Below are positions 11,779 through 23,045 of a stretch of 23,045 nucleotides of DNA, in pieces. Below the pieces are notes generated by a model. It ran no database searches. It saw only the letters and a list, made by a program, of their open reading frames with translations, and was not told the origin of the DNA. The position numbers and the translations under genes are program-made. Each line of letters starts with the position of its first letter. The first letter of the stretch is position 1. Source of the stretch: Ginkgo biloba (Eukaryota > Plantae > Ginkgophyta); contig JANKJI020000002.1 of the NCBI GenBank assembly GCA_024626585.2, positions 37,245,595 to 37,268,639 on the forward strand, given 5' to 3'.

Positions 11779-14475
11779 TCACAAATAGAATTGTTTAAGA
11801 TATTATCCATTTACTAGAATAGGAATAGTAGTGCCATATTATTAGCTAATCATAAAGGCATTATTTCCTATTAATTCCTTGATCTTATAAGGGCCAAGCT
11901 AAAGGGAATTGAATTTGTGATGGGCTCTAGGTTTTTCTTTTTCTTTGTTCCACATCATAATCAAGTCACCTTGTTGGAAACCCTTATGGGATTTTTTTAT
12001 ATTGAACCTTTGCTTCATCCATTCTTTATTATTTTGGGTCAACAAATATTATTCCTCTCTCTTCTCCTCGAGTTGGAGGAGTTTAAAAAATCATCTTTTA
12101 ATGGGGTCTCCATTTTGGCCCTCACCTTCTTCTTGTATGACCAATTAAAGTACTAGTATTTGAATATTAGTTGGTAGAAAAAATTCCTTTATGAAAACCA
12201 AGGAATACAATGAACATCCTAGCCTAGGATTTGGTGTGATATTGATTACCCAAAAATCATAATACATTTTGACATTGTAATATCTCTAGTTTTCTTATAT
12301 AGTCGTCTTAATAATATTAATTAGATTCTTGTTAGTCAATTTAGACAATCTATTGCCTTGAGGATAATAATTAGAAGGACTTAACAAAATACGATATGAC
12401 TGGAAAATTTTGATCATATAAGTTGATATAAAGGATTTTCCATTGTTAGAGACGATCTAGTTTGTTACCCTGAATCTTGGGAATATACTTTTCTCTAGGA
12501 ATTTGTTTACCTCATTTGAAAAAGATCTTTTTAACGTAACTTCTTCAACCCATTTGGTGAAATGATATGTTACTATTAAAATATATAGATTCCCCTTACT
12601 TGATAGTAGTTTGAATGGGTGTATGAAGTCTAAACCCCACTATATGAAAGGCTCCTCTATAGATATTGGTTGAAGTAGTATGACTGTAAGCCTTTATTTC
12701 CTAATGAAAATTTGACAAGCTAGACAAGACCTAATTGTCTTGAAAGAGTCTTGAAACATAATGGGACAATAATAACTTTCTCTAATAGTTTGATGAGTAG
12801 TGGTATGGGAGGAATAATTCCCTCTATAGACTTCTGAATAAAACTCATTGAACACTTTATTAGCTTAATTAACATTGAGTCACCTCAACAGTAAGCCATC
12901 ATAGCTTCTGTAGAATAGTATCTTATTTATCAAGACATACTTGATTGTATTCATCTTCAAATTTTGATTTTTTCTTTTTATCATCCCATTAGTATATACA
13001 CCATTTTGTAAATAATATATGATGTTGTGATATTTTGGATATATAGTAATAGCAATGACATATGAGTTAACTATAATTTCTTGGGCATCCTCCTCTTTAG
13101 TTGTTTCTCCCCTAAACATTTCAACTACTAGCTTACATAAACCTTGAACGTTTATAATATTGATTAGATTGGTATCCAAATCATACTCCTAGATGTTTTA
13201 TAACCAATTATCCCATTTACCATTAAGATTTTGATGGTTAAACATAACCTTCACCGAATCATGAGGTACATAGGATATGGTGTGATTCATTAAGGTATAT
13301 GGTTTGAAATCTTTGATCAAGGTATAAGTTTGTTTCTTCATGTTAGTATATCTCATCTCGTAATCCTTTAACATTTTACTCATGAACAAGATAGGAAATT
13401 CATTGCCTTCCTTATCTTTCTTCACCAAAGAAGCAACTACCATGTGTTTCGAATCATGAGAATAGATAATAAAATCTTTCTCAAAACCTAGGGTTGTTAG
13501 CATTAGATCCGATATGATGGATTTTTTTATTTTGGAAAAATATTGTGTGTCCTCTTCTGTCCACTTAAATTCAACATCTTTCTTCAATAATCGGTTGATA
13601 GGATGAACAATGTTGGTAAAATTAAGGATAAACCTCATAAAAAAATTGATCTTCTTGAGGAAAGATTGGAGTGCCTTTTTATTATAAGATAAAGGTATTT
13701 GGCATATTTCCTTCGTTATATCTAGATCAATACATGCACCACCCTTAGAGACCACATGCCCAAGAAACTTTCCCTTAGTTAATCCTAGACTATAATTTTT
13801 TAGGTTGAGGGATATGCCAAATGTTTTACATCTTTTACAAACTTCTCTAAGATGTTCAATGTGATCCCTTATTTATTTGGAAAATAACATGAGATCATCT
13901 AGATAGACCATAATAATCTTTTCAATTATCTCATTAAATGCATAATCCATTTCCCTTTATAAAGTATCTCATGCATTCATTAATCTAAAAGGAATTCTTT
14001 TATAGGAAAAGGTACCTCACAAAGAGATAAAATAATTCATATGCCTATCTTAATCCACAACTAAGACCTTATTATAGCCTAAGAAACCATCCAATATGGA
14101 CATCATTTTAGCACTGGTCACCATCTATAACAAATAATACATTCTTAGAAATGAATGATTATATTTCAATGATTCCCTATTTAAATTACAAAAATCCACA
14201 CAAACAAAATTTTCTCCATTCTTATTGTGGACTCAAACCAAATTCATTACCCAATTTGAATAGTGTATTAGGAGAATACTTCCTTCATTGAGAATATTTA
14301 TAGTTCCTTTCAAATGGTATCCTATATATTATATCTAACTATCCTTTATATCTATCTAAATGGACTCATCTTGGGATTTAGAGGGATGCTATGTTGAATT
14401 ACATCGGGGTAAATAGCTTCAGGTTATCATAAGACCATAAAAAAATATCTTCAAATTTCTTACATTAATAAATTA
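11779..14475 (-). mobile_element. Degenerate Ty3/gypsy LTR retrotransposon pol (RT-RNaseH-integrase), non-chromovirus, Tat-like
   Basis: Minus-strand translation gives FEDIFLWSYDNLK (~14450) and IIMVYLDDL (YLDD at 13905-13894). It continues with KKALQSFLKKINF and RNase H (13755-13198), then QGLCKL and the integrase Zn-finger remnant (YYCPIMFQD..SCLACQ). The integrase core reads EEPFI*WGLDFI..HFTKWVE and NYYPQGN, followed by LGPYKI and the ending VNG*YLKQFYL* at 11779. Many in-frame stops. The RT-RH-INT order marks it as gypsy. Confidence 0.93.
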
Positions 14476-16402
14476 NNNNNNNNNNNNNNNNNNNNNNNNN
14501 NNNNNNNNNNNNNNNNNNNNNNNNNNNNNNNNNNNNNNNNNNNNNNNNNNNNNNNNNNNNNNNNNNNNNNNNNNNCGATGGTCACTATTATTACAATGAA
14601 AGAACTCAAGAATTATAATGAGAGGATTAACCAATAATTGTACATAGTTAGTCTATATTGCTTCCTCCCAATAAACAATATGTGAGATCATATAAAAGGT
14701 TATGAAATACTTTAGAATATAAACATAAGGTATAAAGGGGAAAAAATAAAAACAAAAACCATTTATCTCACCAATATCGCTTAGAAGAACCCATTTTTCT
14801 TTATTGTTCCTCTTTTTATNNNNNNNNNNNNNNNNNNNNNNNNNNNNNNNNNNNNNNNNNNNNNNNNNNNNNNNNNNNNNNNNNNNNNNTTATTGGATCA
14901 AAATTTGATACTACCATAACTTCTCTCAAATATTCTTTTTGTCAGTTGTACGGAGATATTTATTGTGGGTGCTAATTCTCAAGAGTTCTCTTTTGACCCT
15001 CTTAAACTCTCTAAATATTGGATTCATAAAAAAGTCAATCTCTTATATAAGACACTATCATTATAGTATATAAGAACTTAGGGAAATAGGTTCTAACTCT
15101 TCTACATCGATAAACAAATAAAGAGACTCTTTCTTTTGTAAATTCACTATTTTCTTATATTTATCTCTTGAGATAAAATGATTATCCCTCTAAATTCCAA
15201 ATATCTGACTTTTTAAAATTTATCATTTTGTCAAGGATGATATCTCATCCATTCTATCCTTTAATTTTGATGATGTGACCACCTAATATTGACCTCACCC
15301 CTTTGATACCCATATTCCATGGCCTAGGATTGATGAATAATTATTTTCAAAGATGATGGATGAGGAGGAGGAGATAAAATTACACAAACATATATTTATG
15401 CATGAATAAGATGAGTCCTAAGAAAAAAGATAACGTTTTATGAAAATATACTCCTTTTGGGGAAGACATTAAATATAAAAAGTTTCATTTAAGATTCACA
15501 AGATGTTATACAAACATAGTTTTCCTAATGATATGCACCATTGGCATACAATAATTTTAACTAAAATATCTATTAAACCCAATAAAAACACTATCATCTA
15601 AAATTCCACTTGATACGTCACAAATTTAAATAATTTAAGTCCCATTTATAGAAAATACCAATAAAATAATTGATTATGAGATCAACATTTTGGTTCCCTC
15701 AAATAAAACATTTAAATTCGCTAAAACATAACCCTATACCAAGTTGTTCCCTTACTTTAATCTTAGGATTTTTTACTAAATTATCATTTTTAGTAGAAAA
15801 TAACTTTTATCTAGTAACTAATATGTTTAGTGCAACGTGACAATGACAAACTCTTTGATTTTCATTTTGTATGCATTTTTTCATAATGGTGTTGTCTTTT
15901 AAAAGGAACAAGGGTTAATGACCACTACCTAAGGCTTCATACAATCCTAAGGAAACACCCTAGGAGACCAAAAAATAGTGTGAAATAGGGATATTGGTTG
16001 GCTATTNNNNNNNNNNNNNNNNNNNNNNNNNNNNNNNNNNNNNCCCCTTCGGTCTTATTTTTATATTTGCAATTTTTATTTATCCCTTTCCTTATGTAAT
16101 TTATTAGATTAATAAATGTAGGATAAATATTGATGCAAATGAAAATAAATAAATCAAGCTAGATGATTAAAGAGTGTGTCTCCTTTGATCCTATGGACTA
16201 GAAAACTTATTTAATTAGAGTTGAATTTATATGGATGTTTTGGAAGAATAGATGTAAAAGTGTTTAAGATGGAATTCCAAGTCCCCTTATTAGTATAAAC
16301 TATAATACTATGAATAGGATGATTATGTTAATTATATATTAGTTCTTCTCTATATTTTCCACATAATTGCATTTCATATTTTGATGTTGCCTTTGTCCTG
16401 TC

Positions 16403-16900
16403 ATGCTGAATAGTTCAAGACTTGTATTTGCATCACCCTCATTTACCTTGTTGGCACCGGATGAAGCTTGTGACAAGATCTTACAAGAAATTGTTGACAG
16501 GAGACAAGAGATGAATGTGTTCACCAAAAAGTTTGTTGTAGTGTCGCAGATCTGTTAACAGTACACTAGTTTAGAAATCCAGAGAAACCTTCGTAACCGT
16601 AAAACCAAAAGAAAACTGAATGTAAAAGTGGAAGAAACTGAGCATAAACCTGCAAAAAGAGTAACTTTTGACATAATGGAGCCACCTGCCCTCGTTGAGT
16701 AGCCTCCAATGATTCCACAACTTTGTGAGCCTCCAAGCTTGAGTTCGATCAACAACCTACAATAAAGTAGAGGATGGACGAGGCAAATTGAGCAAGTAGC
16801 ATGGGAGTGGCAGACAGGGATATGGATTGGCTCTGCAAAGAGCTGGAATCCACACACTATTCACCGTAGAGTGCCTAAAAAGAGACCTAAAGTGAATTGA
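16403..16900 (+). pseudogene. Possible decayed ORF of unknown family (166 codons, 3 internal stops)
   Basis: A single frame runs from ATG 16403 to TGA 16900, broken only by TAA 16556, TAG 16700 and TAA 16763. It is less AT-rich than its flanks. No family recognised. Confidence 0.3.
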
Positions 16901-18480
16901 ATAGGCCTAAGGAAGCAAATGGAGTTTCAAAATGATGGAATAACAGAGTAGAATTGAAGGCAAAGATCCTATAAGCAATTGGACAACATAACTCTCTAAA
17001 ATATCCCCCTTTAAATAGCTTATTCTGAGCTAAATTTATAGTGGACAGGATCAGTACGAAGGGGAAACCAAACCTATAGATAAAAGACACTATGAAATAT
17101 CCAACAATTAGAATTAGGGGAAACCAAGTGATTGGGCGAACTAAGTATCGCTAGATTAAATGCCAATCAATTTGTTTATTTTATTTTATTCTTTTTTTGG
17201 GAAAAAAAGGCTTTCATCACGAATTTACGCATGGTTGCAAATTGATGCCATAGAATTATGATGGTACCACTTATAAGCGTACTAATTAGAGAAAATATCA
17301 TATACTAGCACACTAATCCATAAATTCACTTCATATTTATGACTTAAAAAATTTTTAAGGTTTGAAAGGAAGAAAAAAAGTGGGGAAGCTAGATTTGGAT
17401 TTTTATAGTGTGTAGAACGATAATCAATCTTGAAGAGCCCATCGAAAGCTCCTAGAATCACTAAATACCTACACTTAAACAAGGTTAGGTGGATTATTTT
17501 ATTAGTTATGGAAAAATAACTACATAAGAGGCACTGTTGATCATAATTATTACATTATTGAACCTACTCTACCCAAATCCTATCACAAGAGTCATATGCA
17601 ATCTCTCGTTACATGATTTTGATATAAAGACCCCCATTTTGTATTACATTTTCCCCCCTACTCAAGAGAAATTTATGAGGGAGAGATAGTATTTTGAATT
17701 GAGCATTGATGCAAAAAATGAACATGGTGCTATTAGGAACTCAAGAAGTGCTGAAGGATCAAGCTGACCAGGAAATTAACATTTGTGTTGAGCTCTCTGG
17801 GTATATGTTGTAGATGGATAGTTAGAAATACAGCCATAAGTTATCTAGATGTAGCTGAATAGTCCCATAATATTGGATGCATAACTTTCCATAATTGGTT
17901 GAGTTGGTTGAACCATGAGTGGAGAATTTTTAAAGAGGTCAATATGAGGAGGTTGAAATGATAGGGCATCTATAAGGGAGCCAATGAATACAACATATTC
18001 AGTAATTTTATTGGTGGCATGGGGTAGAAAAATTCTAGCATTAATCAAGTCATCTCTTGAGTGGGTCTTGATGATCTAGGCAGTTGCTCAAGGGCCTGGG
18101 TTTTCCCTACTACCTCTATTAGAAACTATGATTAAGGGTTNNNNNNNNNNAGCACTATTCAATCCATCAATCAATATCAAGAGGTTATTTGAGGTTTTTA
18201 GAGAATAATGCATTCTAGAAGTTCACTTGTCTTTATAGAATGTCTCACCCATTGGTCACACCCTCTTCAAGCCTATGATCAACTGACTTATTTTAGATTT
18301 TTCCCTATTTTGGACTTTTAAGACCTTAAGGGTAATAGTGATATAAGTCAAATTTGGATTTTGAGCATTTTTTATTTTTTNNNNNNNNNNNNNNNNNNNN
18401 NNNNNNNNNNNNNNNNNNNNNNNNNNNNNNNNNNNNNNNNNNNNNNNNNNNNNNNNNNNNNNNNNNNNNNNNNNNNNNNN

Positions 18481-21400
18481 TCTATATTTATCCTCCTTGG
18501 ATCCTCACTCTCTCCTCCATCTCCTTTTTTTTATCTCTATACTCTACTTAACGTAGTCATTTCCCTGTAGTATGATTCTTACTTTTTCTTTCTTCCCTTC
18601 CTCCTGAATGTTCCTCCTTTCTATAGGGTTATCTAGTGAAAAAATATCTCACTTTAGAATTTGATAGGTGAGAAACTAAGATATCCATTAATTTTACCCA
18701 TGGGGGAAGAAGCTTCTTGGTTATGTGTCCACCTACCATCTTTAAAGGTCTAGTTTAAATTCCTCACTATGATTTTTTATCTCTAAAAAATACTTTTCTT
18801 ATTGTCCTGGCATTTATATGTTACTCTCCTATTATTATGGTCATTTTCATTTATCATCGTTGTCAATCTTTAGTCTCCATCCTTTTGACTACTACTCTTC
18901 CATGGTCTTTCCCTAACTGCCATCGATGTCCGTACTGATCTCTTGGTTCTCTTTTGTTATCATTATAAACTATTAATGTCATCCTATAATTTCTAATATT
19001 TCATAATTGGCATCAGTCATTGATGGACCTCCTTAAACTTTCCATCAACCTCCTATTATTCACTTGTTGGTTTCTAAAAAATGGTCAATTTTTTTTTATC
19101 ATTGGCTAAAATTGGTGTTGTTCTTAGATCATTTTCCCTTAGTATAAATTTTATATGATCCATTGATTATGATGCTCCTAAAATATCTTCCATTTTTATT
19201 CATCCATTTTTTTAATCTCATATTTAGTAATCCAAGTTCTATCCTCTGGTGGTATCCTTTTCCACTTCCCTACATATCTATTGTATTTTCCCCTTTTCGT
19301 CTCTACCACCTTTTGGTCCAACACTTCATCGATGCCTTCTTTATTCTTTCCTTAGAACATGTTGTCACAAATCATCTACCTCTTATTTTGGTTATTTATC
19401 TCTACCTTGGTATCTATATTAACCAACAATATTAACTACTAGCGAAATATCATAGTCATCTAGAAAGTCCATCTCAGAGGCATTCTCATTTATCTTATTG
19501 ATAATTTGAAATGGCCTAATCTTCTTATAATTCATCTTGTTATATTTCCCTATCATAATACTATCCTTTTTTAGATACACTATGACCAATTCTCTGATAT
19601 CAAACTCCTTATTTCAACAGGATTGATCCATTATCACTTTGCACCTATCATTTCTCCTCATAAAATATTATTTCATGTCTTTATAGATATACTTTATTTT
19701 CTTTGATACTATCTCATCATAGTCACTAAATTATTAGTCATATAAAATATCCACTAAGTCCAACATTATATTAGGCATCTTTCTATACACAATCTATAAT
19801 GATGATAACCCCATCTATCTATTCACTAAGATATAAGTGAACTTTGCCTACGCCAACGCTATATCCCACTACTTAGGTATGCTCCCTACCAAGATTTATA
19901 ATAAATTTCCCAATGATCAATTCACCGCTTCTATATATCCATTAATATGTGGATTATATGTATGAATATACTGCAATTTAGTGTCTGAATTTATGTATAG
20001 TTTCTACCAAAATTAACTCAAGAACTTGTTATCTCTATTGGAGGTATACTCTTTGACAATCCATATAGTCGCATCACTTCCCAAAATAATAATTTGATCA
20101 TATTTCTTACATAATTTACCTTATTGTATGAAATGAAGTTATCCATATTTGAGAATTGATCAATAATAAAAAATATGGATTTGTTACCCTTTTGGGACCA
20201 TGGAAACCCCAACACAAAACCTATGGTGATGTTCATCCAAGGTCCTTCTNNNNNNNNNNNNNNNNNNTTCTGGGAATTTTATTTAGCCATTTGATATACT
20301 CTCTATCTTTCCATAAATATTCTCACTTTTGTTCTCAAACCTGACCAATAATATCTCTCCTCAACAATTAACACCATCTTTTCTCTACCAAAGTGTCCTC
20401 CTAATCCTCTACTGTGCAATTCTGAAATAATATTTTCTCTCATGGAGTTGTCTGGTATGAAATGTTTACTTCCCTTGAATAGATATCAATCTTGAAATAA
20501 ATGGTCCTCATAGATTTATCCATTTTTATTCACTAGATACTTGATCTATTCCACCACCTATTGAAACTCTTTGTTAGTAGCATACATTTCCATGTTTTAC
20601 TCAAACCTTACCACCTCATTTGACATAGTGGTAAGAAGAGTTGTCCTTCTTCTTAATGAATTTACTACTTGATTTTCCTTTCCTAACTTATTATTCAACA
20701 CAAAGGAATATAACTATAAAAATTCTACCCACTTTATATGCCTAATATTAAGCTTACCTTGAGAATTTAAAATATTTAATTCTTGATGGTTGATGTATAG
20801 TATGAATTCCTTAGGTAACAAATAGTGTCTAATACTTTAATGATTATACCATGCCATAAAATTATAAGTCATAGGTTGAGTATCTATGGTTGGTGCCATT
20901 TAATATATCATTTAAAAATATTATTTCTTAGACTTGCTGGATGAGTACGAATCTAATATCTATCCCCGATGCATCAAATTCTACTTCAAAGACCTTGTCA
21001 AAGTTTGACAATACCATAATAGGTTATACTATCACTTTCTTCTTTAATAACTCAAAACTCTATTAGGAAGCCTTCGTCCATTGGAATGCCTTTCTCTTGA
21101 TATAATTTTTTATAAGAGCTATAATGACACTACAATTCCTTATGAAATTACAATAGAAACTTGCCAACTCATAGAATCTTCTTATTTTGGTGATATTTGT
21201 CAATGTTGGCCACTCCAAGATCACCTTCAAATTCTATGAATCCATCTTTAATCCTTCTTGGAAAATGACAAACTCTAAGTAGATCAAGCTCCTCTAAAGA
21301 GACTACACATCTTAATATTCTTGAACAAGTTCTCCTTATTGAGTATATCAAACACTTGTTGGAGCTTCTCCACATGATCATTGATAGATCGAATAAAAAA

Positions 21401-23045
21401 TAGAATGTATCCAAGCATACAATGGCATATTTTCCTATGAGTGGTCTAGGACTATGTTCATTAGTATCATGAATGTGCTTTGTGCATTTAATAACCTAAA
21501 GGGAATGACTCTCCATTCGTATAATTCATCCCTCATATTGAATGTTGTCTTCCACTCATTTCCTTCCCTAATCCTAATTTAGTAATTGTCACTCCTCAAG
21601 TACACCTTTAAATATCATGTTACACCTACTAACAAATACAACATGTTATCCATGCATCAAATAGGAAATATATACTTGATGGTGATCTTGTTGAAAGCCC
21701 TTGAATCCATGCACATGCACCATATTTTGTCTTTCTTTAGCATCAATAGTATAGGTTTTGTGCATAGTATTAGATTCTATCGAATGTACCCCTTATCTAA
21801 CAACTACTACATTAGTTCATCTCCTATAGAATCAATTTGTATGTGGCTTGGTTTGGTAGACTAGACCCTGAAACCAAACCAATCTAGTGTGTAATGCCTT
21901 NNNNNNNNNNNNNNNNNNNNNNNNNNNNNNNNNNNNNNNNNNNNNNNNNNNNNNNNNNNNNNNNNNNNNNNNNNNNNNNNNNNNNNNNNNNNNNNNNNNN
22001 NNNNNNNNNNNNNNNNNNNNATGTGTAGCATGTGTTAGTGACCTACACATTCTTCATGAACTACTTTTTTGACAGGATTACTTGAGTTGATTATTCTTCC
22101 CCCAATGGTAATAGGATGAACCTCCTTCCATCCTTGGTAATGGTGTATGTGTTCCTTCTCTTATCGTATACCACTTTGTTGTCAAACTTCCATGGTTTCC
22201 TTAGTAATAGGTAACATGCATCCATTGGTAAGACATTGCACTACACTTGGTTGTTATAATTATCCATATATAATTATATTAGGCACCTATCCTTGATTGT
22301 GATCTAACCTCATTTATTGAACCATGATATTTGATATGGTACATCATATCTCTATCATGGAAAACCCACATTTTAGACCATCTCTTTAGCCACCATGTTA
22401 TCATAGCTACCTCCATTGATAATCACCTTGCATACCTTGCCTTTAGAATTTCATCTAGTCTTAAAAATTATCTTTCTTTACTCTAAATCATTCATTGAAT
22501 TTAGATCATCGGATATCATCCTATTCTCTTTGTCAACTAACTTCCTATGATATTTTGTCTTATTTTTACTATCTCCACTTTTCAATCACCTCTTATCGAT
22601 TGTTGGCTTACTTCTTTTCCCATTTACTGACTGCCTTTATTCACTTATTTTTTCTCTCTCTAATATCTTTGGGTTATTCATAAATTTTCTTTTCACCATC
22701 CATTAGTGATTTATTGGTATTTTCTCCAAACTCCTATAGTTGTTTGTCACTCCACTTTGTTGGTCACTTGAATTCTCTACACCTATCACTAATAATGTCT
22801 TATTTTCCATTAGTGTCTCCAACTTCTCTGCAACCATATGCTATGAATCCTCTGCTTTCTTGGCCGAATTCGCCCTTGGATGCTCATATCTTGGTCTATC
22901 ATCAACTCTTATTGGACACTTGAATTCTCGGTGTCCTTCTACATCACACCTATAGTAAATTATCAATATTCTTAGTGTAATGATTCCTTTGTGAAATACT
23001 CTACCTCTTTGATAGATAAACTCATTGTTAACCCTCATTCATTAA
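18481..23045 (-). mobile_element. Degenerate Ty3/gypsy chromovirus, CRM-like (gag-PR-RT-RH-INT-chromodomain, PPT, partial 3' LTR); continues beyond window end
   Basis: Minus strand, in order: Zn-knuckle remnant YYRCDVEGHREFKCP (22957-22913); protease GKVCKVIINGGSYDNMV (~22440-22390); [24 protein letters not shown] (~21740-21670) and [11 protein letters not shown]; RNase H KVFEVEFDASGI (~21000-20965). Integrase follows as LHSRGLGGHFGREK (~20420-20378), GFVLGFPWSQKGNKSIFFIIDQFS..LFWEVMRLYGL and PK*WDIALA*AKF. The chromodomain lies at ~19340-19205. The lower boundary is uncertain and is set at the gap. Confidence 0.93.
19132..19140 (-). other. Degenerate polypurine tract followed by TGAT start of putative 3' LTR (from 19131 downward)
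   Basis: The minus strand reads AAGGGAAAA|TGAT just after the end of the integrase-chromodomain frame. This matches the PPT-TGAT junction typical of CRM elements. Confidence 0.55.

Noticed and set aside
14890-15400. Possible continuation (aRH, protease or gag) of the Tat-like element
   Set aside because: I could not read any convincing motif in the minus-strand frames, and two gaps separate it from the RT.
17720-18140. AACA|TGGTGC PBS-like junction and the 17845-18048 ORF
   Set aside because: Too degenerate, with no matching LTR or gag motif.
19163-19435. Hydrophobic 90-aa plus-strand ORF, and similar ORFs at 11917, 21586 and 22495-22955
   Set aside because: They are antisense reads of purine-rich retrotransposon coding sequence.
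1-23045. Prokaryotic-type systems (CRISPR array, retron or other RT-linked defence locus), tRNA or rRNA genes
   Set aside because: Spliceosomal introns and plant Ty3/gypsy elements show this is eukaryotic DNA. Both RTs lie within gypsy pol regions, and I saw no regular repeat-spacer array or structural RNA signature.

Overview
AT-rich, gap-riddled draft genomic DNA of a land plant, not a prokaryote. A gymnosperm-type host is suggested by the retroelement lineages, but this is inference. The one recognisable host gene is an apparently intact, five-exon GDSL/SGNH esterase-lipase on the + strand, join(<6793..6955,7079..7273,7387..7556,7652..7922,8043..8308), whose N-terminus is lost in an N-gap. 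Downstream lie two old, stop-riddled Ty3/gypsy LTR-retrotransposon remnants, both on the - strand. One is a non-chromovirus Tat-like RT-RH-INT at ~11.8-14.5 kb. The other is a CRM-like chromovirus with gag-PR-RT-RH-INT-chromodomain-PPT-LTR at ~18.5-23.0 kb. The best leads are a duplicated, frame-preserving antisense segment 3' of the Tat-like integrase, a decayed ~166-codon orphan frame at 16.4-16.9 kb, and a signal-peptide-like fragment stranded upstream of the GDSL exons. I do not see solid support for a new multi-gene biological system. Most ORFs in the supplied track are spurious or span N-gaps.
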